Numbered from the stretch's first letter, positions 21,614-32,122 are shown. The stretch is DNA of 64,000 bases from an uncultured cyanobacterium (GCA_963803805.1 CAWDOD010000010.1:160001-224000); one strand, 5' to 3'. The notes: generated by a model from the letters alone, not told the origin. Made by a program: numbers and translations.

Positions 21614-21698
21614 TGAGTTTCGGTTATTTGGTTATTAGTTATAAAATTCTCTTTTCTAACCTAGCTAATTCCGTGGTAGGAAAGAAACATCATATAAG

Positions 21699-21941
21699 CT
21701 ATGCAGTGAGAAAAAAGAGAATCAATACTAAACTAAGACTCGTGGCAAAAAGCAAAGCATACTCTAACTTGCGACTGAGTACACCTACAATAATAATTAA
21801 GCCAATCACAAGCAAGAAAACGCCAGCATAAATTAGATGTTCGGCTTTGTAATTCATTAAAGGATCTTTTTGAGTTGGTTGTTCTGCAATCAGCGAATTG
21901 AGTTCTAATTTTCTGTTCATGAAAAAGCTTGCTTCTCTCAT
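21699..21941 (-). CDS. Small two-helix membrane protein (start uncertain)
   Basis: ORF abutting the GMC gene, with two hydrophobic segments. Confidence 0.55.
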   Translation of the reverse strand: MREASFFMNRKLELNSLIAEQPTQKDPLMNYKAEHLIYAGVFLLVIGLIIIVGVLSRKLEYALLFATSLSLVLILFFLTA

Positions 21942-23518
21942 TTTCCTCTATTTAAACGCTCTTTTAAATGCTCTGCTATCCTGATAGCATTGGCAATAAT
22001 CGTCAAAGTAGGATTTACTCCAGAATTAGAAGGAAAGAAACTACCATCAACGACATAGAGATTATCTACGTCGTGGGTGCTACAGTTAAGGTCTAAAACT
22101 GAAGTTTTGGGTTCTTCCCCAAAGGGACAAGTGCCGCACTGATGAGCCACAGCCGATAGGTGCATTTCATTACGAGGATAGATGCCAAAGGGAAGAATGT
22201 GGTGTGCTGTTTTGTCAACTTGTTTTAATACTTCACTCCAACGATGAATTAGTCTATCTCTGGCTTCGATGTTGTTAGGAGTGTAGTGAAGCTCTAAAGT
22301 ATCACCGTGGGCTTTAACCCGATTGTTAGGGTTTGGTAAATCTTCGGTTTGCAGCCACCAACCAGTTGCATGGCGGGACAAAGCCTCTAACCCTGCCCCT
22401 GGTATCAATTTAACCAAAGGAGCTAGCAATGGTGGTGCTTCTGCTGGCATCATGTCGGCTTTAACGTTACCGGTATTCTGCACCATGCCCATGGGATAGG
22501 GGAAATCGCTTTCTCCCCAATAAAAATCATTAAAAGCAATAGTTTTTTGATAAACTGCGGGGTTAGGTTCTTCACTAAAAGCAACCAAGGCAGTTGCTAG
22601 GTGTTTCATCAAATTACGTCCCACCAAATCGGAACTATTTGCCAATCCGTTGGGATGTCTATCATTTGCAGAACGTAATAGCAAAGCTGCCGAATTGATT
22701 GCACCGCAGGAAACAACAACCACATCTCCCTTAAATCTTTGGCTGTAACCGTTAACTTCTGCCCTGACTTCGGTGATTTCTCGACCAGATTCGCTAGTAT
22801 AGAGTCGCTCCACTTTTGTTCCTGTTAACAGAGTAACGTTAGGATATTCTAAAGCAGGACGAATCCCATTGACTTCCCCATCAGCTTTAGCTTGAACTAA
22901 ACAGGGATAACCATCACAGGTATCGCAGCGAATACAATTACTGAGAAACGAATTGACTTCGTTTAGTTTGATTCCCAAGGGGAGGTGAAAGGGATTGTAA
23001 CCCAAACTTTGCAGGCGATCGCTAATCTCCTGCATCCTTGGTTCATGGCTAACTGGTGGATGGTAATAATCCTCAAACCTCTTAGGTTCAGTTGGATCTT
23101 CACTCCTTTTGCCGTGTACGTTATAAAGTTTTTCTGCCTGGGTATAGTAAGGTTCAAAGTCGCGATATTTAAGGGGCCATGCGGGAGATATCCCCCCTTT
23201 ATGCTGCACTTGTTCAAAGTCTCTTTCTCTCAAACGTAATAAGGCTGCACCGTACACTTTGGTGTTGCCACCGACAAAATAGCAGGTTTGAGGATGAAAG
23301 GTTTTACCAGTTTTGTCGTACCATTGTTCATTGGTAAAATAACGCTGGTTTTGATAAACTTCTTTGGCATTCCAATTATCCTTTTCTCGCGGTAGAAACT
23401 CGCCTCGTTCGAGAATCAGGATTTGTTTACCCGTTGGTGCTAATTGACGGGCTAAAGTACCGCCTCCTGCCCCTGTACCAATAATAATTAGATCGTAGTG
23501 TTGGTTATTAACGCTCAT
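21938..23518 (-). CDS. GMC-family FAD oxidoreductase
   Basis: IIGTGAGG, VGGNTKVYGA, Cys cluster CIRCDTCDGYPC, VGRNLMKH, AHQCGT, NPTLTIIANA. Confidence 0.92.
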   Translation of the reverse strand: MSVNNQHYDLIIIGTGAGGGTLARQLAPTGKQILILERGEFLPREKDNWNAKEVYQNQRYFTNEQWYDKTGKTFHPQTCYFVGGNTKVYGAALLRLRERDFEQVQHKGGISPAWPLKYRDFEPYYTQAEKLYNVHGKRSEDPTEPKRFEDYYHPPVSHEPRMQEISDRLQSLGYNPFHLPLGIKLNEVNSFLSNCIRCDTCDGYPCLVQAKADGEVNGIRPALEYPNVTLLTGTKVERLYTSESGREITEVRAEVNGYSQRFKGDVVVVSCGAINSAALLLRSANDRHPNGLANSSDLVGRNLMKHLATALVAFSEEPNPAVYQKTIAFNDFYWGESDFPYPMGMVQNTGNVKADMMPAEAPPLLAPLVKLIPGAGLEALSRHATGWWLQTEDLPNPNNRVKAHGDTLELHYTPNNIEARDRLIHRWSEVLKQVDKTAHHILPFGIYPRNEMHLSAVAHQCGTCPFGEEPKTSVLDLNCSTHDVDNLYVVDGSFFPSNSGVNPTLTIIANAIRIAEHLKERLNRGK

Positions 23519-23540
23519 GTTTGGTATTTATTGAATTAGT

Positions 23541-23644
23541 TATAGCGTTTCTCAAGTTTATGAGGTACATTTACCCGTAGCCTAAACGCTTCCGGAACCT
23601 AAAACCAAAGTTTTTGCACCTCACCAGTACAAGAATTGCCATAT
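23541..23644. mobile_element. MITE-like element (TATAGC...TGAGGTACA family)
   Basis: Left end tatagcgtttctcaagtttatgaggtaca; right end tgcacctcaccagtacaagaattgccata(ta) is an imperfect inverted counterpart. Confidence 0.6.
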
Positions 23645-23646
23645 AT

Positions 23647-24414
23647 CTACTGTTCCTGATAGTTCCACAGCAAACCCCCATCAACGTAAAAAGTTGAACC
23701 TGTGATATATTTAGCTTCATCGGAAGCCAAGAAAGCTACAAGCCCAGATACATCTTTTGGTTCTCCCAAACGTCCTAAAGGGATGTTTTTAGTAACTTTT
23801 TGTAGTAGTTCGGGATTGTTGAGTAAGTCGTGATTAATCGGAGTTGCGATCGCGCCGGGAGCAACATTATTAATCGTAATACCCATAGAACCCAACTCTA
23901 CTGCCAGATTGCGAGTGATCATCTTCACACCACCTTTGCTAGCACAGTAAGAAGTAAAGTGAGGAAAAGGTAGTTCTTCGTGTACGGAACTAATATTGAT
24001 GATTTTGCCTTGATTATTTGTGGCTTTAAAATGCTTAACTACAGCTTGGGTAGCAAAAAAGACGGCTTTAAGATTAACATTTAATACCAAGTCGTAATCT
24101 GCTTCAGTTACATCCCAAAAGTCAGCACGTTTTTCTAGCCCAGCATTATTAACTAAAATATCTACTTTGCCAAAATGATTAATGCTTTGTTGAACTAAAT
24201 TGTTAATCTGTTCTACTTTGCTTAAGTCTGCCTGAACTATATAACCTTGAGAACCAGCTTGTTCAATTTTTGCTTTAGTTTTTTCCGCTTCATCAGGGTG
24301 AGTGTGATAATCAACTACAATTTTTGCTCCTTCTTGGGCTAAGCGTTGACAAATACTCTGTCCCAGCCCCCCGCTACCACCAGTTACAATTGCAACTTTT
24401 TCTGCTAATTTCAT
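23647..24414 (-). CDS. gdh: Glucose 1-dehydrogenase-like SDR
   Basis: TGGSGGLG, NNAG, IINISSVHE, catalytic YCASK, PGAIATPIN, and ITGSTFYVDGG typical of Gdh-type SDRs. Confidence 0.8.
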   Translation of the reverse strand: MKLAEKVAIVTGGSGGLGQSICQRLAQEGAKIVVDYHTHPDEAEKTKAKIEQAGSQGYIVQADLSKVEQINNLVQQSINHFGKVDILVNNAGLEKRADFWDVTEADYDLVLNVNLKAVFFATQAVVKHFKATNNQGKIINISSVHEELPFPHFTSYCASKGGVKMITRNLAVELGSMGITINNVAPGAIATPINHDLLNNPELLQKVTKNIPLGRLGEPKDVSGLVAFLASDEAKYITGSTFYVDGGLLWNYQEQ

Positions 24415-24455
24415 TGTTTAAGCTCGTTTAAATTAATAGAGATTTCTATCCTTAA

Positions 24456-25025
24456 TTAAAAGGAAAGATTGGGAGAAATTATGGCATCAAGAGAATATAA
24501 TCCTGGTCCAAAGATGGTAATTACAACCATGATCAAAATATAAACAAAGGCTTTTTCATAACTCGGTTCTTCAGCTTTCCCTTTTGGTCCTTCATACATT
24601 CCTGGAAGATTCAAATAAGGATCACGGGCGATAAAAGGTTCCCCTCCTAAAACTTCTAACACTAAGGCAAATGCCATTGAACCTAAAATACCAATACTAG
24701 CTAAGGGAGTAAGAAAACCAGCAATCAAACAAAAACCGCCAACAAACATGGTTGTAGCACCAATAAAACAGAGAAATATTGGTATGTTATTAAGTGAGTC
24801 AGACCATTGTTTTAGGTGGGTTAATTTAGGGTAGCTGTGAAGGATAAAGATAATGCCAATGCAGACGCGAAAGATTAACAAAGTCCAGCTTTTTAGTTCT
24901 CCAGGAAAACTACTACTGGGATAAATCCAAGCTAGAGAAGTCGTCGTTGCTGATAGGGCAGGAACTTTAAATAAGATGCCGCTAGTTAAAAGAAAAGCGA
25001 CTACAGCGTAAATAAATTTAATCAT
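24456..25025 (-). CDS. DoxX-family membrane protein
   Basis: LIFRVCIG...HSYPKL, GFLTPLAS, GPGLYSLD. Confidence 0.85.
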   Translation of the reverse strand: MIKFIYAVVAFLLTSGILFKVPALSATTTSLAWIYPSSSFPGELKSWTLLIFRVCIGIIFILHSYPKLTHLKQWSDSLNNIPIFLCFIGATTMFVGGFCLIAGFLTPLASIGILGSMAFALVLEVLGGEPFIARDPYLNLPGMYEGPKGKAEEPSYEKAFVYILIMVVITIFGPGLYSLDAIISPNLSF

Positions 25026-25036
25026 TTTTTTAATCG

Positions 25037-25945
25037 TTAAGGTTGTTGTACACCCCTGGTATTAAGATCGATTGCATATAAAGAAGTTTTAGCGGTAATA
25101 AACAAGCGATCGCGATTTTTGCCGCCGAAAGTAAGATTAGTACATACTTCCGGCACAAGAATTTTTCCCAGTCCCTTACCATCAGGAGCATATACCTGTA
25201 TACTGTCAGCAGAACTGGTGAAGATGTTGCCATGTACATCGACACGCAAACCATCGGGTTCACCAGGCTCAACCTTGGTAAAGACTTTCCCGTCTTCAAC
25301 GTAGCGATTCTCTCTCACTTCGTAGACGCGGATGTAATGATGTTGCTGGGGATGCTCAAAAGCTGAAGTATCAGAAACGTATAAAAGAGTTTCATCAGGG
25401 CTGAAAGCAAGCCCGTTCGGTCGTTCCATCTCCTTAATAACTGCATCTATTTCCCCGGTTGTGGGGTCGAAACGATAGACAAAATCTCCCGCTTGTTCCT
25501 GTTCACCTCCGTATCCCTGATCTTCCTGGGTAAGACCAAAAACAGGGTCAGTAAACCAGATTGTGCCATCGCTTTTAACGACCAAATCATTGGGACTATT
25601 CAAACGCTTACCCTGATAGCGATCTACCAAAATTCGCCATTGCTCATCCTCTTCCCGTCGAATGATTGCTCTTTGCCCTGATGAACAGGAAACAAGACGA
25701 CCTTGTAAATCACGATAATTGCCACTTTGATAATGGGATGGTTGACGAATAACTTGATTACCATCAGCAGGACTCCAACGCAACAAGCGGTTGTCGTGAG
25801 CATCACTCCAGATTACACTATCATCCTCATAAAAATAAACTGGCCCTTCTCCATGAACTGCACCACTTGTAAGTTTTTTTAGGGTGGCATTTGGGGGCAA
25901 CAAAGCTTTGGCGCGATCGTCATAAATTTCAATAGCTTCAGGCAT
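25037..25945 (-). CDS. SMP-30/gluconolactonase family protein
   Basis: EGPVY, LNSPND, WFTDP, PNGLAFSPDE, PDGLRVD, TNLTFGG. Confidence 0.92.
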   Translation of the reverse strand: MPEAIEIYDDRAKALLPPNATLKKLTSGAVHGEGPVYFYEDDSVIWSDAHDNRLLRWSPADGNQVIRQPSHYQSGNYRDLQGRLVSCSSGQRAIIRREEDEQWRILVDRYQGKRLNSPNDLVVKSDGTIWFTDPVFGLTQEDQGYGGEQEQAGDFVYRFDPTTGEIDAVIKEMERPNGLAFSPDETLLYVSDTSAFEHPQQHHYIRVYEVRENRYVEDGKVFTKVEPGEPDGLRVDVHGNIFTSSADSIQVYAPDGKGLGKILVPEVCTNLTFGGKNRDRLFITAKTSLYAIDLNTRGVQQP

Positions 25946-26000
25946 GACAAGATTGGTTGATAAGCTAATAACTTTCAGAAGATTACCTTAATAATTTGCT

Positions 26001-26447
26001 TTAGGCAAAGTCCCCAGGTTGTGCTGCTAGCCATTGCTTATCCTTTAACTGCACCACCATCAACACTGCTGGCTCATTACCTACTGTACCTGATAGATGT
26101 CCTTGATGTCCTTGACTGTTTGCTTTGGTGTTTTGGTCACCACCAAAAGAAACTTCACCGGGACCCATCTCTACACGAGTACCATCCATGGTTTCCACAA
26201 ACCATCGTCCCGATAAAGGTACAATCCACTGGGGCTGGGGATTTTCATGCCACTCACCAACCCAGCCCACTGGCTGCACCGTAAATAAAACTTCAGCATT
26301 GCTACTAAGCAAGCGATTATTCCATTGGGGATCTGCATCCCCTCCCATACTTTCTTTAGCAAAGTCTGTTAACTCACAGCGAGTCTGGTGGCTAATACCC
26401 TCTTCATCAGTCCAGACGTGCCAGTATTCTACTTTTGGTTTACTCAT
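26001..26447 (-). CDS. Cupin-domain protein
   Basis: WHENPQPQW...LSGRWFVET...GED/GGD...GH cupin pattern. Confidence 0.75.
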   Translation of the reverse strand: MSKPKVEYWHVWTDEEGISHQTRCELTDFAKESMGGDADPQWNNRLLSSNAEVLFTVQPVGWVGEWHENPQPQWIVPLSGRWFVETMDGTRVEMGPGEVSFGGDQNTKANSQGHQGHLSGTVGNEPAVLMVVQLKDKQWLAAQPGDFA

Positions 26448-26490
26448 CTCAAATTCCTTATTATTAGTTTAAAGCTTATAGAGTGGCAGA

Positions 26491-27443
26491 TTACAAAGCA
26501 ATTAGCATCATTGCGTGTCCGTTAGGATCTTTAACCAAACAACCTTGACTATAAGGATAGGAATTGGGAAACTGAACGATGTAGGGCGAGATGATTTCAA
26601 CTCCACTTTCTCGCAGTACCTTAACGGCTTGCACAATATTATTAACAACAAGCTGTACTTGCATCGTGGCAATGTCGTAACTTTGCCAATTATCGGGGAA
26701 CGGACGACCTGTTTCAGGGACGATGTAATCGAGTAATTCTATTCCCAAACCTCCTTGTTTGGGTCGCGTTGCCGTTACTCGCACTTTAGCTTCTGGTAAG
26801 CCATCAAGATGGGCCTGAATTTCTCCAGAGTTAAGATTGCTTTGTTCAATCTCCATCCCCAACAAGTCCCGATAAAAGGTTAGACTCTGTTCTGTATTGG
26901 CTACTGCGATCGCACTATGATCAATTCCTAAAAATAATTCTTCTGTGTTTTGTTGCCACTTAACTTTGCTTTGTTCTGGTGGAAACCAAATTATTTCTAA
27001 ATCATGACCGTCTGGAATCTTTGAATTTAAAAGCACGTATACCTGAAGGCAGGGTTTGTAGGCCCCTAGAAATTGGCTTGATAGAAAAAGATTTTAGATG
27101 ATCGTAAGCGCAATCTATATCCCTAACAACAATGGCCAGATGTTGAAACCAAAGGTCATTACTTTGGGAATCTTCAGGAATCGGTTTTCCTTTGGTATGG
27201 GAATACTCGATTAATTCAACAAGTTCATCCCCAAGCTGCAAGGTAACAATGCGAATCTCAGTCGGCTTTATTCCTTCAAGTTTGCTATAAAAATCTCTTT
27301 TAGCAACAGAGATCAGAAACTAGTTTAAACGAAAGTGCTTGAGTGTAAAAATTTAGGGATTGGTCAATATTGGTTACTGTTGAACTAATCCCTCGAATTT
27401 TTTCTACTTGGATGCCTTTGCAAGAGTTGAATGTAGTTTCCAT
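26491..27443 (-). CDS. VOC/glyoxalase-family protein, split by two frameshifts (near 27310 and 27015)
   Basis: Three ORF pieces give V.NIDQSLNFY..LSF, ELIEY, QHLAIVV, F(K)DPDGH.LE, IDHSAIAV, FYRDLLG, KDPNGH. Confidence 0.8.
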
Positions 27444-27577
27444 ATTCTTTTCTCTAGCTTGGATACTTTCTAGTTTACTTTGAGGATATGACAAACAAGT
27501 TTTGATGTTGTGTCAATATTGTGTACTCGTATTAAAAGATTAAAGTGACTAGGAGTAAAATTGATCATTGTTCATGA

Positions 27578-29062
27578 CTAACTGATTAACCCCAACTCCT
27601 GACGCAAGCGATAGAGAATCGTATTCGGTTCCACTTGAGAAAGAATTTCTTGAATCACTGTACTGGGGCCTAAATTTCCCCAACTACAACCTCTTTCTAA
27701 ATATTCTTGGGCTACTTTCCCCACCGCATAAGCCCCATAACCAGCAATGCCTCCTTGGGTTGCAGCGGTAGTTGCATAGGTGGCAATACCCATAGGACTT
27801 TCTAAAATAGCTGTCTTCCCTAAACCCAAAACCGCACTACTACCAATTTCTCCTAACAATAAACCGCCAGAACTAACCAGAATTTTACGCCATAACTTCC
27901 CGGCTTCAAAACTTGTCATGGGTAAACCATACAAACGTGCCAACGAACGAATTAGGGCTAAATCGGCGATCGCACCTCCCAAGACATCAAGAATCGCCAA
28001 AGGATTGAAAGCGACTGCTACGGCTTTATACTTGGCATAGCGCCAAATGATTTGTTCTGCTTCGCTTTGCCGCAACTCTAAGGTTTTCTTGGCGATTTGC
28101 GTTTCTGCTGCTTGGGCTTGAAAGAGGGCATTTATGGCTAATAGGGATCGCCCTTCTCGATTTAAAATCTGAAAAATCTTTTCTTTGAGTTCATCTATTT
28201 GAGGTGGAGGGGTTTCCCACTCTTGGGTTTCGCTACCATCAGGCCATTCTACCCGAACTCGAATAGGTTTAGGTTCTGCGGCAATGAGAACAATTTCTTC
28301 AGGGGACAATATCTGGTTGATTTGTCCACCATCACTTGCTTCTAATTGTTGTAGCTGTTGATAAATTTCTTGACGATCTTTTTCAGGGAAGAGGTCAATT
28401 TTGTTAAATATAAGAATTAAGGGCTTATGGCTATCCCGCAATTCTACTAAAGCATCGTATTCTGTCCGAGTAATATCCCCAGCAATAATAAACAGAATCA
28501 AATCAGACTGGCTAGCTACTTCTTTCGCCATCGCTGCCCTGGCTTCCCCTGCTATCTCATCTAACCCCGGAGTATCCACCAACTCCACTTGAATTTTACC
28601 CCCAGGATGCCAACGTACAGCTTTGGGCCATTTAGTTACGCCGTTTAGGGGGCCAGTTTCTAAGACATTCTGCCCCAACAAAGCATTAACCACAGAAGAT
28701 TTACCTCGACTAACCAAACCAAAAGCAGCGATGCGAATAACTTTTTGGTCTAATTTTTCCAGGGCAGATTTTAAAGATTGTAATTCTTGGCGTACAGAAG
28801 CTTGCAATTCTAAATCTGGGGTACGATCACCATGGCGGCGAAACTTACCATACCAAGATAAAGCTTGTTGTAAGCTAGCCCTAGCTTGATTAAAGTGGGT
28901 TTCTTGGCAAGAATAGCTGGTAGTTTCTGGGGTATCAGTAGGAGAACTCAAGGTTAAAGGAAATTGAATATTTCTATCTACTATTGTGGCCAAAGATCCT
29001 ATCTCGGAGGAAAATAAAAAGGTGCGGATCTCCCTAGTATTGGTAATACGGGTTGCCCCCAT
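27578..29062 (-). CDS. GTP-binding protein (Era/HSR1-like) with a DUF697-like C-terminus; the true start is probably downstream
   Basis: G1 GLVSRGKS, G3 DTPG, G4 NKID; hydrophobic C-terminus NPLAILD. Confidence 0.85.
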   Translation of the reverse strand: MGATRITNTREIRTFLFSSEIGSLATIVDRNIQFPLTLSSPTDTPETTSYSCQETHFNQARASLQQALSWYGKFRRHGDRTPDLELQASVRQELQSLKSALEKLDQKVIRIAAFGLVSRGKSSVVNALLGQNVLETGPLNGVTKWPKAVRWHPGGKIQVELVDTPGLDEIAGEARAAMAKEVASQSDLILFIIAGDITRTEYDALVELRDSHKPLILIFNKIDLFPEKDRQEIYQQLQQLEASDGGQINQILSPEEIVLIAAEPKPIRVRVEWPDGSETQEWETPPPQIDELKEKIFQILNREGRSLLAINALFQAQAAETQIAKKTLELRQSEAEQIIWRYAKYKAVAVAFNPLAILDVLGGAIADLALIRSLARLYGLPMTSFEAGKLWRKILVSSGGLLLGEIGSSAVLGLGKTAILESPMGIATYATTAATQGGIAGYGAYAVGKVAQEYLERGCSWGNLGPSTVIQEILSQVEPNTILYRLRQELGLIS

Positions 29063-29104
29063 ATTTCACGCTGTAGCTTTTGTCCTTAGTCATTTTTGAG
29101 AATT

Positions 29105-29857
29105 ATGAAACCATTTTTATTTGTTACTGATTTAGATAATACTCTGGTAGGAGATGATGCTGCTTTGGCAACTCTTAATCAAAAGTTAAGTAAACATCGT
29201 CAAGAAAATGGTACTAAAATAGTTTATGCTACCGGGCGATCGCTCTATCTCTATCGGCAATTAGCCCAGGAAAAAACTCTTTTAACCCCCGATGCCCTCA
29301 TCGCTTCTGTGGGTACAGCTATTTTCAGTAACCCCGAAGATGATACCTACGATCCTCAATGGGCAGAGGTGCTATCTCCAGGGTGGGATAGGGAGAAAAT
29401 TGTCGAGATTGGCACTAGCTTTACTCAATTAGTCCCTCAGCCAGAATACGAACAGTTTGAGTATAAGGTTAGTTATCATATTCCCGAAACCGAAGCAAAA
29501 GAAGTTATTCCCGCTTTGAAAGAGAAGCTAACCAGTGCAGGTTTTAAAATTAATCTGATTTACAGTGGTAGCCTTGATCTTGATATTTTGCCGGAAAATG
29601 GCAACAAGGGTTTAGCGGTAAAATTCCTTCAGGAGAAGTTGGGATTCCAACCTGAAGATACAGTTGTCTGTGGTGATTCCGGTAATGATATCGCTTTATT
29701 TAAGGTTGGTAAGTCGCGAGGAATTATGGTGGGCAATGCTAAACATGAACTTCGGGAATGGTATCAAGCCCAAGGTAAGTCTTATCATTATCTTGCTCAA
29801 AGTTCATGTTCAGGAGGAATTTTAGAAGGATTGAAGCATTTCAAGTTCTTACCATAA
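29105..29857 (+). CDS. spp: Sucrose-phosphate phosphatase (HAD)
   Basis: FVTDLDNTLVGD, YATGRS, K(VS)Y, NKG, VCGDSGNDIALF. Confidence 0.92.
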   Translation: MKPFLFVTDLDNTLVGDDAALATLNQKLSKHRQENGTKIVYATGRSLYLYRQLAQEKTLLTPDALIASVGTAIFSNPEDDTYDPQWAEVLSPGWDREKIVEIGTSFTQLVPQPEYEQFEYKVSYHIPETEAKEVIPALKEKLTSAGFKINLIYSGSLDLDILPENGNKGLAVKFLQEKLGFQPEDTVVCGDSGNDIALFKVGKSRGIMVGNAKHELREWYQAQGKSYHYLAQSSCSGGILEGLKHFKFLP

Positions 29858-29859
29858 AA

Positions 29860-30070
29860 AGAACTGTGGTTAATTTTGCTCAAACCATGACTTGGAAAGG
29901 AAAACATCCAGAAGTTAAGTTGGTCAAGCAGACTTATCATACAGGAGTAAAGCTAATACCCAATCAAATGAAGCAAGTTGAATCTCATCTAGAGCGTTTT
30001 AGGGAGTTAGGTCGATGGTTGGTGGACATCTTTTGTCTTTGACGGAAGATTTTATTTTCTTGACTTCCCA
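29860..30070 (+). mobile_element. ISAzo13-family transposase 3' remnant with probable right end
   Basis: Reading frame FAQTMTWKGKHP.VKLV..TYHTGVKL...LGRWLVDI matches the C-terminus of ISAzo13 transposases as I recall it; the N-terminal and catalytic part is absent. Confidence 0.75.
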
Positions 30071-30083
30071 TAAAGCCATAATT

Positions 30084-31079
30084 TTAGTTCAAATTAGAGA
30101 TTTGAGTTGCTGTAGCTAAACCTGATGCTAGGGCAGATTCTATTGAATTGCCCCCACACCAATCGCCACAACAAATCAGGGGCAAAGGTTGATTAGTTTC
30201 TAGATAAACTTCATTAATAAATTGCTCAGGAATACTATAACGCCAGCGATGAATTTGATACCATTGAGGCTCTTTTAATTCAATACCGAAAAGTTCCCCA
30301 GTGCGAGACAACAATTTTTGTGCTACAGGTTCTAAATTAGTTGTGTCTAAATACTTTTGAGCAAATTCTGTTGTGCTGTGAATAACTAAAACTGGTACTG
30401 GAGATTGACTTCTTTTGCTACTATCTAAACTCAGCCAGGCTAAGTAAGAATCTTCTTGAAGAGAAACAAAAGGTTGCTTATTTAATTGCTTGGGTAAAAC
30501 CGTAGCAGTATTGTAACCAGCCATAACGCTTAAGCAAGGATTGAACTTAATCTGATGTAACTTCCCTAGAAAATCAGGATTTAAACCTTTGGTAATTAAA
30601 GGTTCTAACAAAGTTACTGCTTGGGGGGCTGGTATAGCCATGACGACAGCTTTAGCAGTTAAATTCTCTTGAGAATCTAAGGTTAAATGCCAAGTTTGTG
30701 CTTCAGTCGGTTCAATTTTTTCAACCCGACTTTGCCGCCAAACTTCTAAATCCTTGCCGATGAATTTAGCGATTTCGCTCATACCTTGGGGAGCAATATA
30801 GGTATCAGGAAATTGGCTGTGCCAAGGTTGAATAATATTTTCTTGGTGGAGGCGCTGAATAAGCTGCCCAGACAACTTACCTTGGGGTTGTAGGTAAGGT
30901 AAGCCATGATCTACCCGTAAGTCATTAATACGTCGCGTTGCAACCCTTCCTCCCAAACCGCGAGACTTTTCTAATACCACAACTCGGCTACCGAGTTGAG
31001 AAAGTTCCTTGGCGCAACTCAGCCCCGTTAAGCCAGCACCAATCACCGCAACATCAAATAAGGTTAAGTTATTATTCAT
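30084..31079 (-). CDS. Renalase-like NAD(P)/FAD-dependent oxidoreductase
   Basis: IGAGLTG, EKSRGLGGRVATRR, DHG, HRWRYS, CGDW, ESALASG. Confidence 0.88.
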   Translation of the reverse strand: MNNNLTLFDVAVIGAGLTGLSCAKELSQLGSRVVVLEKSRGLGGRVATRRINDLRVDHGLPYLQPQGKLSGQLIQRLHQENIIQPWHSQFPDTYIAPQGMSEIAKFIGKDLEVWRQSRVEKIEPTEAQTWHLTLDSQENLTAKAVVMAIPAPQAVTLLEPLITKGLNPDFLGKLHQIKFNPCLSVMAGYNTATVLPKQLNKQPFVSLQEDSYLAWLSLDSSKRSQSPVPVLVIHSTTEFAQKYLDTTNLEPVAQKLLSRTGELFGIELKEPQWYQIHRWRYSIPEQFINEVYLETNQPLPLICCGDWCGGNSIESALASGLATATQISNLN

Positions 31080-31335
31080 TAACTGCTTTCACTTATGGCA
31101 ACTCAAATAATTTTAATGTTAGAATTTATTTCATCTGCCTTAAGATAGAAGTAGGAAATATTTGAAGAATTAACTAGTGTAGAAGAACAGCAACCTCTTA
31201 GGATTGTTTATTCTTTTTCAATCTACCCTTAAATTATTCACCAAACCAATCTTCTATTTCTGCCTTAGAGACGCCCTTACTAAATCTAAATTTTGCAAGT
31301 ATTCATCAGGCTGAACCATCTACCTCAAAAACTTT

Positions 31336-31818
31336 ATGAAAGACTTTCAACTAATAGATGCCAAAATCTCTTGCGAGTTACCTCCTAGCCAGTTAATACC
31401 CAAGTTCCAAATTGCAGTAAGAAAACTTGTGGATACATGGCACAAGTATAAACCCAATGATTCTTTGTCAGGAACTAGGAAGCAAGATTTACAAGACCTA
31501 CAAAGTATTCTCCACCAATATCAACAATTTTCTTCAGAAGAATTGCAGCAAAAGTTTTGGCAAGGTTATTTTGAAGGAAAAAGCAATCGCAGAACGATCA
31601 AAAAAAGCACCAACCTCACTCCTTCTTTGCTATCTTCTTTGTTCAGCAATCAAAAAAAAGAAGCTTTCGCTTTAGGAGTAAAAACAGGCTGGCAGTACGC
31701 CCGACTCAAAAGCTATTTAGTTAGGATTGAAAATATCGAGAAAGAACAGCTTAAAAGATATAAAGAAATGATGTTATCTCAAAAAGCTAATCCTCACAAT
31801 CTTGATTATACTTTTTAA
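31336..31818 (+). CDS. Hypothetical protein
   Basis: 160-aa ORF with an ATG start; no family recognised. Confidence 0.55.
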   Translation: MKDFQLIDAKISCELPPSQLIPKFQIAVRKLVDTWHKYKPNDSLSGTRKQDLQDLQSILHQYQQFSSEELQQKFWQGYFEGKSNRRTIKKSTNLTPSLLSSLFSNQKKEAFALGVKTGWQYARLKSYLVRIENIEKEQLKRYKEMMLSQKANPHNLDYTF

Positions 31819-31850
31819 TGGCTAATGGCTAATGGCTAATAGCTAGTGGT
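31816..31850 (+). repeat. Heptameric tandem repeat (TAATGGC)n
   Basis: taatggctaatggctaatggctaatagctagtggt. Confidence 0.75.
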
Positions 31851-31871
31851 TAAAACTGATAAGGAGAAAAA

Positions 31872-32122
31872 ATGCCCCCTCGCTGGCCACGCCAACCTGA
31901 CCGCAACGACTTAGAATATCGTCGTTTAGATGACCGGATGAACTTTGCTATTCATGTTGCTTTCTGCGCTACTTGCAATTCTGGTTTGTGGTTTTTTCAT
32001 CAACTTAAACAAGCAACCTGGCCTTGGCCAAGTGGGTAACTCTGGTTTGGTTGATGGTTATATTCCTTCATGGCATTTATATTTTTGGTATAGCAAACTA
32101 TTCTGTTAAATCAAATGGCTAA
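31872..32122 (+). CDS. Small 2TM-domain protein missed by the ORF track; frameshift near 32026
   Basis: RBS aaggag then MPPRWPRQPDRNDLEYRRLDDRMNFAIHVAFCATCNSGLWFF...; continues in another frame KWVTLVWLMVIFLHGIYIFGIANYS; overlaps the next gene start. Confidence 0.75.
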
